Origin: a virus
Lineage: Duplodnaviria > Caudoviricetes
DNA: 64,000 nucleotides
Direction: 5' to 3' (one strand)
IMG/VR virus record: IMGVR_UViG_3300020576_006124
Coordinates: 96,001 to 160,000 of that record
Shown here: positions 1-9,135 of the stretch, piece by piece
Layout of the letters: every line of letters begins with the position of its first letter
Numbering within the stretch: the first letter of the stretch is position 1
Position numbers and translations under genes: made by a program
Notes under the pieces: model-generated
The model's database searches: none
Seen by the model: only the letters and a program-made list of their open reading frames with translations
Told to the model about the DNA's origin: nothing

Positions 1-1641
1 CCTAAATGATCCAGAATCTGAAGTAAAGGACCTAAAAATGTTATAGTCTTCATGAACCGGGTAAATAGTAGTATTTACGGCACCTTGCCCTAAATTCTCC
101 CCCTCAATTTTAAATGCGATAGATCTTATCTCTTTATCCGGTCTAATTTCAGAAGTGTAAAAACCACACTCTGGTAGGTACTGATCATACAGAAAATCTA
201 TCTCCTGCAATGAAAACTTGTACTCTAGGTAAGATCCTTCTTGTATTTTATTTTTTACGTCGTTCAAGAAGAAAGAGGGGAGGGAGCCTGAAGGGTTAGT
301 TATTTGAGGGGGGGTATAATAGCTTATTTCCCCAAACTCTTTTGATAGTATTACACTTATTCGATCCGTAGTTATTGTGTGAGGCAAGCTTACAGTTTTT
401 GACCCCTCTATATTGACCGAGACTTCATATGAAGACTCCCCTATATAGGCTTCAAAACTAGATATTTCTAAGGACTCAGTCGATGAGACGGACGGATCAT
501 AGGTTATTGAAAGATCTAGATCTTCAGCCCCTTCTGGAACAAAGTCTATAATAGTTGAGTCACTCCATCCCCCAGTAGCTGTTATTTTCTCTGAGTGTTC
601 TCTTATGGTTATCCCACTAGAATCTTTCCAATTAAAATTAACTTTAAACGGGGAAAGAAGAGATCCTTTTGTATTGATTATAACCTCAACTCTGGAAGAA
701 GTAAGATCAACAGGGTTTGCTGAGAAGGCTCCTTGTACTGCAGAGGATAAAAGGTCTACTGTTTGGGTAAGAGATGCACTACCTCCTGTTAGGGTGGCCT
801 TACCCCCAGAGATAGTAAAATTAGTGGCTGTCCATGACCCTGAAGCAGCTAAATCACTATTAGTGAGACATTGTGGTGTCTGAGAATTTCTCCAGCTTAT
901 CTTCTCTAGAGAAACAGGTAGAAGTGAGTTTATCAGAACCGCGTTGAAGGACGTAGGACGGCTTAAATCAAAGGTTAATAAGACCGTTGCCTTATTATCA
1001 AAATATTCTCTAACCCATGGGTCTCCAGAGGTTGAGGTTTTTATGGGAGACTTACTTAAGATACTAGTACTCCAAGATGTTGAAAGATTAGAATCAACAA
1101 TAGCCTCGGGGCTTTTTTCTGTGAGATTACCTGTCCATCTTTCAACTTTAACTTTCCCCCCAAAATACCCCTCGTTCTTATTTAAGGAAAAAGAACCAGC
1201 CTTAGACCCAGATATTGCTTTCTCCCTTGAATCATAGACGGCTTTAGGATAGAGAGGAATCTTTTCAAAATTTGGAAGGTCTAAGGGGGTATAAACCTTA
1301 TTATATACTGTACTTCTTTCTGAGAAGAAAGATTCTGAATCTTTATTTAGATGAACAAGAGCGCCTTCCAGTAAGTCCAGTTTGCTAAACAGAGTATTTC
1401 TTGTTTGGATTAGTAGATTCTGGCTGTGGTCAATCTGCTTAAATATCCCAAAAAGAGACGCGGTTAGATTTTGGGTTCTCTTATTCCAGTTATTTGGGTC
1501 ATTAAGGTCTTCCGTTTGAATAGAAATCAGTGGAATCTTAGTCGGGAACAATTCTTTATCAAGGAAGATAGTCCCGTCATTATCCGGGCTTTCTATTGCC
1601 TTAGCTAAAGAAAATACTGTAGTGAAGTCTTTTATTAACAT
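1..1641 (-). CDS. Virion structural/baseplate-associated protein, 3'-truncated by the window edge
   Basis: Not in the ORF track. ATG at 1641 overlaps the upstream stop (TAATG), and by hand translation the frame (MLIKDFTTVFSLAK...) stays open to base 1. Beta-rich central segment. Confidence 0.7.
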   Translation of the reverse strand, partial: MLIKDFTTVFSLAKAIESPDNDGTIFLDKELFPTKIPLISIQTEDLNDPNNWNKRTQNLTASLFGIFKQIDHSQNLLIQTRNTLFSKLDLLEGALVHLNKDSESFFSERSTVYNKVYTPLDLPNFEKIPLYPKAVYDSREKAISGSKAGSFSLNKNEGYFGGKVKVERWTGNLTEKSPEAIVDSNLSTSWSTSILSKSPIKTSTSGDPWVREYFDNKATVLLTFDLSRPTSFNAVLINSLLPVSLEKISWRNSQTPQCLTNSDLAASGSWTATNFTISGGKATLTGGSASLTQTVDLLSSAVQGAFSANPVDLTSSRVEVIINTKGSLLSPFKVNFNWKDSSGITIREHSEKITATGGWSDSTIIDFVPEGAEDLDLSITYDPSVSSTESLEISSFEAYIGESSYEVSVNIEGSKTVSLPHTITTDRISVILSKEFGEISYYTPPQITNPSGSLPSFFLNDVKNKIQEGSYLEYKFSLQEIDFLYDQYLPECGFYTSEIRPDKEIRSIAFKIEGENLGQGAVNTTIYPVHEDYNIFRSFTSDSGSFR

Positions 1642-3080
1642 TAGTTGTCAATTCCACTTTTTACCATTAATATCTCTAATTCTACATCAATAGATGTGCT
1701 CTTTTTCTCCTGGAAATAGAAGTTATTGAAGCACATTATCCTATCAGTATTATCTCCAGTTGAGAAGGGTTTTACAAAGAATCCTCCTGTGCCTGTAGTG
1801 ATAGAGCTATCTGTAACGCTCAAAATGTTAGTAAACGTTGCACCGCCAGCACTCTCATCCAAACTGAGAGTGTTTCCAACGATAGAAAATTTGTAAAAGT
1901 ATTTTACTCCCCCCTGGTTATTTACCTTTACTGTAGAAGTGGAGCTTAGTGAGGTAACTCCTGTGTCGGTTAAAAAGTTACTACCAGAACCCCCGGCATC
2001 CGCTGTCATATCATGGCCAGACAATTTTATAATCCTTACATTTTGAGCTGTTTGTCTGTTTGTAATGTTGCTTGCAGAAGCGCCAGAAAAGAGAAGTGCG
2101 TATCCAGACATATTAGTACTGGTGCCGCTTGTTCTCAGAAGAAATCCACAGAGTGAGTTTAAAGATCCGTCCGAGGGTAGACGCTCTGCGTGGAGGGAGA
2201 AACCTATCTCTTGATCCGCTGTGGTTCCAGGCACATTAGTCAGAGTTACGTATCCCCCTCCCTTCCTATCCGCAGGTAGGTTGGCCAAATATAAAGAGGA
2301 TTCCAGGTATGTATTTGTCCCAAATTGAATAGAACCCCCGTATATTTGAACACATCCAATTGCCCAGTTAGAAGTACCGGATACAGTATTAAAGACTTCT
2401 GTATACCCAGTGCCTAATCTATAAATAGTCAGAGCAGGGGAGTACCCTGGTAAGGAGTAGTTATAGATAGTTCCACTTCCTCTGTAAAAAGGATCAACCC
2501 AGTTTAGCTCATTATTGGACGCAACCACTCCAATACTTACAGTATACCCAGACCCTGCCCTGCTAGATAAAGTTGGAGTAATACAAGTAAAATAGTTATT
2601 GTTATTTACTACCCAAGGAGTAAATCCATAGTTATTTTGGGCCGTATACTGCCCCACAAGTCCACTTTCGTAACAGCTCTCGGATCCTCCAGTTCTGATC
2701 TCTTTCACTGTCCCAGACACAGAGAAATTAGAGTTTAAGAAAGGATCTGTACCAAAAATGGCAGGCACTGTACCAGTAGTAGTTGTTACTCCTGTGGAAC
2801 TGATGCTAAAAGTTAGTGGTACAGTTTCCTTATACACTACAGTACTTGCATCAGTATTAACGGGATCACCGTTACTGTCATAAGTCTGGCTAGATGAAGT
2901 ACTTATATTTTTCTGAAGACGGATAGCAGCATCAAACATGTGGTTCCAGTCGTTAGCCTGCTCCAGAGTGCTTACGTCTGTTAGGGTGCCTGCGAAAGGC
3001 TTCTTGATCTTAAAATCATCTAGTGTTTGGGTACTTTTGTCGAAAGTACTCAGTGGGCCAGTATTAGGTCTATTAGGCAT
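1641..3080 (-). CDS. Putative tail fibre/spike protein with a C-terminal lectin-like beta-sandwich
   Basis: 479 aa, S/T/G-rich. N-terminal motif (DDF...ANDWNHMFDAAIRLQ) is shared with the two neighbouring genes. Confidence 0.55.
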   Translation of the reverse strand: MPNRPNTGPLSTFDKSTQTLDDFKIKKPFAGTLTDVSTLEQANDWNHMFDAAIRLQKNISTSSSQTYDSNGDPVNTDASTVVYKETVPLTFSISSTGVTTTTGTVPAIFGTDPFLNSNFSVSGTVKEIRTGGSESCYESGLVGQYTAQNNYGFTPWVVNNNNYFTCITPTLSSRAGSGYTVSIGVVASNNELNWVDPFYRGSGTIYNYSLPGYSPALTIYRLGTGYTEVFNTVSGTSNWAIGCVQIYGGSIQFGTNTYLESSLYLANLPADRKGGGYVTLTNVPGTTADQEIGFSLHAERLPSDGSLNSLCGFLLRTSGTSTNMSGYALLFSGASASNITNRQTAQNVRIIKLSGHDMTADAGGSGSNFLTDTGVTSLSSTSTVKVNNQGGVKYFYKFSIVGNTLSLDESAGGATFTNILSVTDSSITTGTGGFFVKPFSTGDNTDRIMCFNNFYFQEKKSTSIDVELEILMVKSGIDN

Positions 3081-4158
3081 TCTTTACCCCTAAAAGTTGA
3101 ATTTGAGCGTATATTGTACCCGCCCCTATTGTTGTAAATTGCAAATGTTTTTGTATATTAATACCCGGGGTTACTTTTAAAACTCTGGTTGGGGCTGAAG
3201 CAAGGGAGACAAAAGACAGACCAAGATGGTAAGATTCTTGATTACCGGTCCTAACTTTCACAATAGACCCAGATGCAGATAAAGGAACTATTGTAGGGCC
3301 TGCAATAACTTGGTACGCGTTCACCTTTACAAAAGTAAAATCTATATTGTCGTTAGGAAACGAAGATAGTGTATGGGAAGACGGGGCCAGACTAAAGTCT
3401 GAGGTTTCATACACACTTCCCCCCGCAGGAAATCCGTGGAAGTAACAATCAAAGGAGGAACCCACCGAGGTTCCAAATGTAGCCTCGAAACTCATGTTAT
3501 GAACTACAAGTGTTTTACCATTGTTATCTATAGCAGGACCACCCGTTCCGAATATAGCGGCTCTTTCTAAGTTGAAAAGGGCATCGCCTAGAAGATTTAC
3601 ATCTTCTGATTTTACCTGATGAGTCAGACCTCTACCATTTGTTATTGAGGGAAATGTATCTACCGATACAGGGAACTTAGATCTAGTTCCTCTCAACCCT
3701 GTAGTTGTACTGGTATAATAAATCCTTAGACTAATGTAGTCAACGTTAACGTCTGTAGTACCCTCCCTGGCAACTTTGACCCCCCATGACGAGTTCCCTA
3801 CTATATAGCTTGAGGGAAAGGGCGTAATAGCCCACAGATCCGTACTGGTTCCTACAGAGTAAACTGTTGGGGTAGTAGTTATTCCTGTTATAGACTTAGA
3901 CTCTCCAAGATTAGACCCCCCATCAGAGGTCAAGTTAACTACTAGTTCTCCAGTACCACTCGCTGTATGTGCTTTTACCTTAGCAATTACACCATCAATT
4001 TCGCAGTCGTCAGGAAGGATATTTTCGAATCCTGTAACTGTTAAGGATCTCCTATCAGAGCTAGTTGAAAGATAGCCATCATCTAAAAGAGAATAGGAGG
4101 GGGTAGACCAAGTAGGGCCGTAAGCGGATGTTGGTATAACCAGGTCAATAAAAGCCAT
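3073..4158 (-). CDS. Putative tail fibre/baseplate appendage protein
   Basis: 361 aa, beta-rich; internal motif SKFPVSVDTF...SEDVNLLGDALFNLE. Confidence 0.5.
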   Translation of the reverse strand: MAFIDLVIPTSAYGPTWSTPSYSLLDDGYLSTSSDRRSLTVTGFENILPDDCEIDGVIAKVKAHTASGTGELVVNLTSDGGSNLGESKSITGITTTPTVYSVGTSTDLWAITPFPSSYIVGNSSWGVKVAREGTTDVNVDYISLRIYYTSTTTGLRGTRSKFPVSVDTFPSITNGRGLTHQVKSEDVNLLGDALFNLERAAIFGTGGPAIDNNGKTLVVHNMSFEATFGTSVGSSFDCYFHGFPAGGSVYETSDFSLAPSSHTLSSFPNDNIDFTFVKVNAYQVIAGPTIVPLSASGSIVKVRTGNQESYHLGLSFVSLASAPTRVLKVTPGINIQKHLQFTTIGAGTIYAQIQLLGVKNA

Positions 4159-4832
4159 TATTTTAAGAAGAGAATGTCCAAACCCACTAATAAAGAGTTT
4201 GCTGAAGAGGTAGTAGCAAAAATATTGTTGCTTCGATGACTTAGAATACTACAGTTAATTGTTAATGCCGAGTACCCAGAACTAAAAGAAAGAGTATTGG
4301 CGTTACAGGAAAAAAGAGATGTATTAAAAGGGGCTTGTATTTTTTGTAAGTTGGTTTTAGGAATCGACTCTACACTAGAATTTGGTGTTAGACTTAAAGA
4401 GGGAATAATTGAAGATGTTGCTAGGTCAAAATCTTCTAAAACAGAACTATCAAGAACTAGTTTCAAAGAGGAGTTACTCAGGTCATATGTTTTGAAATAA
4501 GCGGGAATATCGTCCGCTAAAACTACATCAAACTCAAAAAGATTTCCCGGCCATGAGGATACCGTATTTGACTGTATAATATGTTTGTACAGGCTGGTGA
4601 AAGGAATAGTTAAATTAAACTTTATGCCTATCCTATCTAGCGACCCATCAGAATTAAGCTTACTATTAGAATAAAGATTCTCTGCTTTTAAGATGAAGTC
4701 CTTAAGCTTATTGTAATGTTCCGCATAAACAATTGTAGCCTCTGTGTCATTAACTTGGCCCTGGTTGTATAGAGTAGGCCAAGTATCCTTTGAGGCTGGC
4801 CACTGGCTTTTACTTGGGTATATAAATGGCAT
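4158..4832 (-). CDS. Putative fibre-associated structural protein
   Basis: 224 aa; N-terminal motif SQWPASKDTW...AEHYNKLKDFILKAE. Confidence 0.45.
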   Translation of the reverse strand: MPFIYPSKSQWPASKDTWPTLYNQGQVNDTEATIVYAEHYNKLKDFILKAENLYSNSKLNSDGSLDRIGIKFNLTIPFTSLYKHIIQSNTVSSWPGNLFEFDVVLADDIPAYFKTYDLSNSSLKLVLDSSVLEDFDLATSSIIPSLSLTPNSSVESIPKTNLQKIQAPFNTSLFSCNANTLSFSSGYSALTINCSILSHRSNNIFATTSSANSLLVGLDILFLK

Positions 4833-4834
4833 AA

Positions 4835-6367
4835 TTAGATGTACTTAATTGTAAAGACAACATCCGGAGGCATATGTTGTTTAACTACCTTATAAATCTC
4901 CTCCTCAGTGCAATTGTTTAGTGCTGTAGCACTTACCTTAACAACAACTTCTCCACCTAAGCTATAAGCCCCACCACCCCAAGTTCCAACATTCAAAAGG
5001 GATTTAAGAATTGGAAGATCTTCCTCTGGGATGTAGTCTTCATCCTTAGGCATTAGGATACCTCCTCCGTAATTATCCGCCTTAATTAAGGTAGATTCCA
5101 TTCCATTAACAGTTGATAAGAATATCTTAGAAATAGGAACGCAGAAAGGAAGATCTGAGTCGAAGGTGAAGCTGGATGTATTCTCATCATAATAGTTAAC
5201 CCCCAGTGTTGCAAAACCCCAACTATTCGCGGAGTTAAAATTACCTCGGCTTAGGGTAAATTCAACCCCCGCGTCATATACTTTATGTTTTAAACAAGAT
5301 TTAGCATATGGGGATGCAGTTGCAGGTCTTATATCAAAACAACTCCAACACTTTATGTCTAAAGAGCCTACAACATCCCCAATTACATCTGTATAGGGGG
5401 TAAAACGAACCCTCATTACTGCTGAAGGTTCTAGATATAAAGCTATCTGTTTATCTATAAGATCAGAAGTAGTGTAACTGGCCCATAAGTCCTTTATCTT
5501 GTGACTATATTCTGGATTACAATCAAATCCGTACCAAGAAGACCCGCTGCCGAATCCTGTGTACACAAACGATTGTGGGTGAGAGTAATACTCTAATATT
5601 ACAGAATCCTGTGGGCTGAGGTTTTGAGAAATTCTTATGGACTTCTGATTGTAGTCTAGGTTTAAAATCTCATTTGTAGGGGTATCATCGTATACTCCAG
5701 AATAGAAGTCTACGTTATTTATTTTTATTTTCTTTAGGGTTCTAAGATCTCCACTATACCCTATGGTGTTTATATTTTGGATAATACCAATCTCTCGCTC
5801 AGTGTCTACCCTTCCATTACCAGGAAACTTAGTATCAGTTACTGTGGTATTTTCCTTGTAGTAAAGCTCTGGTAAAGAATAAATAAAAACTAAAGTATCA
5901 TCCGCTTGGATATTGGTACCAAACTCATCATCCAATAAAAGAGAAGCCCAACTATAGTTAGATGGGGTTTCATCCCCACTGACAACATATGAGTCTACCA
6001 TGAAACCATTATCTACCCTTATACCCCACGTATTTCCTGGTAGAATTTCTACAGCCCGGCTCTCAATTTTTTTAGTATTGAATTTGAGGTTGAGTTTTTC
6101 TGTTACTGATTTAATCCTTCCAGTTTGAACTGAAGTTATAGAAGCAAGAGCACTATCTGTAAAGGAGAGATCCACCTGAAAAGAGGATAAGCTGTATTGG
6201 GCTGCAAGGATGCTTTTCTGCTCTCCCCGGTAATAAGAGCTACCTTCTACTAAGTTCAGTATAATAGGTTGGAAAAAGTTTTCACTTGACCCCCCATGAA
6301 TATACCCAAGTAGAACGTGGTCCTCCTCTGGCCTAGTAGGCACTACTTGAACATTTAGTCTATTCAT
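4835..6367 (-). CDS. Putative baseplate wedge/structural protein
   Basis: 510 aa. C-terminus (EIYKVVKQHMPPDVVFTIKYI) resembles the ends of baseplate wedge proteins; lies in the baseplate cluster. Confidence 0.5.
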   Translation of the reverse strand: MNRLNVQVVPTRPEEDHVLLGYIHGGSSENFFQPIILNLVEGSSYYRGEQKSILAAQYSLSSFQVDLSFTDSALASITSVQTGRIKSVTEKLNLKFNTKKIESRAVEILPGNTWGIRVDNGFMVDSYVVSGDETPSNYSWASLLLDDEFGTNIQADDTLVFIYSLPELYYKENTTVTDTKFPGNGRVDTEREIGIIQNINTIGYSGDLRTLKKIKINNVDFYSGVYDDTPTNEILNLDYNQKSIRISQNLSPQDSVILEYYSHPQSFVYTGFGSGSSWYGFDCNPEYSHKIKDLWASYTTSDLIDKQIALYLEPSAVMRVRFTPYTDVIGDVVGSLDIKCWSCFDIRPATASPYAKSCLKHKVYDAGVEFTLSRGNFNSANSWGFATLGVNYYDENTSSFTFDSDLPFCVPISKIFLSTVNGMESTLIKADNYGGGILMPKDEDYIPEEDLPILKSLLNVGTWGGGAYSLGGEVVVKVSATALNNCTEEEIYKVVKQHMPPDVVFTIKYI

Positions 6368-7935
6368 AGGTTTATGTCGTAAAGGCCTTCGTTATCAGAG
6401 TCTGTCACAGCTAAATAGGCGCCAGTTTCTATTAATATAGCATTATTATAGTAAGGATCAAATATAGTAGACGGAGGGAGTTCAAAGGACCCCTTATACA
6501 CTATACCTTGATAGGACATTTCTTGATCATCTTTTGGTTTAACTGTCAAAGATTTGTTCAGCCTTGGAAGCCCATCTAGTCTAGACTGTTGACAATATAT
6601 ATTACCTTCTTTTTGGGTTACAAAGGAGTATCCCTTTTCGTAGTCGGTACTTGTATATATATTAGAGGTGGCTGTACCTGATATAGTATTTGAATTTATA
6701 GCTGAACAGGTAAAAAAGATACTCCAAGCCCCTGCCGCTGTAGCCTTAACATAAAAACTAATTTTGCCTGTGCTATCCACCGCTGTGGGAAAAGAAGTAA
6801 TAGCTGTAAGATTGGAAGAGGTTTTACTAATAGTTGCTAGGGGCACAGGTATATTGGATCTATCCAGGACTATCACAGTAATAAGGGTCTCCTCTGCTAC
6901 ACCTGTGTGCAGATAATCCTTATCTGAGTAAGCGACCACCCTATGAGGCGTGTTAAGAGAAGAAATAGGGGTGTCAGTAGATATCACAAAACCCTGACCC
7001 TTGTAGCCCAAGGTTAGTGGAGATAAATTAACAGCGGTTAGAGAATCCAGTCCTTCTTTTTTATGGGTAGTTTCATAATGAATGATAATCGCATCTGCGG
7101 AAGCATACCCTGCGTAAACCTCAAAACTAGTAGTTGTTTTCTGGATATAGGAATACTTAATATAGTACTCCAAAATTACCCACTTCCCCTCTTCTATTGT
7201 TGTCTCTAGATAATCTCCAAAAAATGGGGCTCCACTGTTATATAACGTGTCTCCACCCCTCCGTATAGTTATACCTTCTATATATTTATATGTCGGCCTT
7301 ATTCCTTCTTTTTCAACTATCACAGCCTCTCTAAACTTAAGAAGGGGTTGAGAGTAGATCAGATCTAAATAATAATTATTATTTGGAGAGGTTGTAGTTT
7401 TTATGTATACGTAGCTCGTAGCTGTATCAAAAAAGTACTGATCTTCACTCTTAACTTCCGTCAAGGATTTAACCTCTAACAAAGTTTCTTCCTCTAGGCT
7501 TCTTACATTAATAAGCTTTGTTCCCGCTGGAATTTGAACTCTATAGTAGGAACCAGAGGCAGTCCATGTAGCAACATACCCTGGGTACAGGCAGTTGTTA
7601 ATAGGAAGGTAATGAACCTGGCCACTTCCTCCAGCCCCCTCAGTGTCTGAGTAAATAAGGACTGGTCCTTTATTTGGATTGGCCGATCCCGTTAAGGTTA
7701 TTGTGTTGACACCCGCTGCTAAAGTAAAAGTTTCCTCTGCCCTATCATTGTAGTTATACTGAAGCCTACCATCAAAATAATAGAAGCCACTACCTGCGTC
7801 CAATAACCATAGATACTCCGTCTTTTCTTCTGTTGAAAGGCTTGTGTCTACTGTTCCTGATCGAGGGTACCCGTATTTTTCTAAGGTTGCGGCGACCTCC
7901 CCCAGTCTATATTTTGTAAAATTAGGTATACTCAT
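6364..7935 (-). CDS. Virion structural protein with an Ig-like (Big_1/invasin-type) domain
   Basis: 523 aa; segment ETLITVIVLDRSNIPVPLATI...DSTGKISFYV fits the Big_1 pattern. Confidence 0.5.
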   Translation of the reverse strand: MSIPNFTKYRLGEVAATLEKYGYPRSGTVDTSLSTEEKTEYLWLLDAGSGFYYFDGRLQYNYNDRAEETFTLAAGVNTITLTGSANPNKGPVLIYSDTEGAGGSGQVHYLPINNCLYPGYVATWTASGSYYRVQIPAGTKLINVRSLEEETLLEVKSLTEVKSEDQYFFDTATSYVYIKTTTSPNNNYYLDLIYSQPLLKFREAVIVEKEGIRPTYKYIEGITIRRGGDTLYNSGAPFFGDYLETTIEEGKWVILEYYIKYSYIQKTTTSFEVYAGYASADAIIIHYETTHKKEGLDSLTAVNLSPLTLGYKGQGFVISTDTPISSLNTPHRVVAYSDKDYLHTGVAEETLITVIVLDRSNIPVPLATISKTSSNLTAITSFPTAVDSTGKISFYVKATAAGAWSIFFTCSAINSNTISGTATSNIYTSTDYEKGYSFVTQKEGNIYCQQSRLDGLPRLNKSLTVKPKDDQEMSYQGIVYKGSFELPPSTIFDPYYNNAILIETGAYLAVTDSDNEGLYDINL

Positions 7936-9115
7936 AAGTCTGTTCTCCAGATAGGATAGGATTCCCCCACCTTATCTTTTTTGTTCTAGTCACTTTTTCA
8001 ATTTGAACTGATGTCTGTGTTAAGCCAATATAAGATCTGGGATAACCAGAATCTCTTCTAACTCCTATAATTTTATCGTAAGAGTCTTTCAATAAAACTA
8101 TATTTCTAGACCAAATTCTTCTGGCTCCGATTCTGTCTGTATCTGCCTCATCATAGTCAAGAATATTTTTATCTTTAGTTTCCCAATAACCAAATCCCTG
8201 GGCTGTATAATAACTTCCCCCACTTTCTATGGGGGATATTCTACTTTGGGTAAAGAGTGAGTTATTCGGAAACTCAATAGAATTGTACTCAGTACTAAAA
8301 TTAAGTGGATTGGAAGTGTGAGAGTTCCAGGCCAGAACCAATCCCAGCCCTAAAACAATAGCTATTTGGTTCTCAGTTTTTCGGCTTAGACAATACTTCT
8401 TGTGGATCAAAGAAAGATCAGTATTAGAAAAATTTTTACATCTTAAGTATCCGAAAACTTTAACATTGGTATCCCATATGTTACTTATTAAATGAACTTC
8501 CGGAGTTGTATTGACTGAGTTAAGTTGGAGGTTGCTAGTGTGAGCTAGAATTTCCGCTCGTAGATCCTCAGAAAGATACTTTAAATTAAAAGTTCCTGCT
8601 TTGTAGCTAAACAAGCCATTTTGATCTGGATATACCCTTACCCATGGCTGATTGCCGGAACCTTCTATAAGAAAATAAGAGTCTTCTGTGGGTGGGGTAG
8701 ACAGGAGTTGAGAAGAAATATCAAAGGTTCCTGTTGTAGTAGATGTTATTTCTACGGTTATTTCTTCTGAATTGGATACAAAGTACCCTTCCCTTGCTTT
8801 AAAGTAGTAAGAAGGCTCTTTTGAGTATTTGAGGTCTTCAAGACTTTTTGCTCTTTTAAACCCTAAATTGAGGGCTGTGGACTCAGCTATAGTAGTAGAG
8901 AGCGTAATTCCCTCTTCCATAGTTGCTGTATCCCTTAGAAAAAGAAAAGAGGTCGGCTCAGATACGTCCCAATACCTTAGAGGGCCACAAAAGTATGCGG
9001 ACTGCTCCACCTCTTTAAGAGGATAGAACAATCCGCGAATTGGCAGCTTGTAACTAAGACTACTGGTATTTAAATATGCAGCTCCCCATCTAGGTTGCTG
9101 GGAGAGGTCTAACAT
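7922..9115 (-). CDS. Putative baseplate protein, distant paralogue of 11209..12546
   Basis: 397 aa; N-terminal PRW and C-terminal EK...RWGN motifs shared with 11209..12546. Confidence 0.4.
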   Translation of the reverse strand: MLDLSQQPRWGAAYLNTSSLSYKLPIRGLFYPLKEVEQSAYFCGPLRYWDVSEPTSFLFLRDTATMEEGITLSTTIAESTALNLGFKRAKSLEDLKYSKEPSYYFKAREGYFVSNSEEITVEITSTTTGTFDISSQLLSTPPTEDSYFLIEGSGNQPWVRVYPDQNGLFSYKAGTFNLKYLSEDLRAEILAHTSNLQLNSVNTTPEVHLISNIWDTNVKVFGYLRCKNFSNTDLSLIHKKYCLSRKTENQIAIVLGLGLVLAWNSHTSNPLNFSTEYNSIEFPNNSLFTQSRISPIESGGSYYTAQGFGYWETKDKNILDYDEADTDRIGARRIWSRNIVLLKDSYDKIIGVRRDSGYPRSYIGLTQTSVQIEKVTRTKKIRWGNPILSGEQTYEYT

Positions 9116-9123
9116 TCTTCATT

Positions 9124-9135
9124 TAAAATAGAGTC
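9124..9135 (-). promoter_or_regulatory. Putative late promoter motif GACTCTATTTTA
   Basis: Copy of the recurrent intergenic motif, just upstream of the ATG at 9115. Confidence 0.6.
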
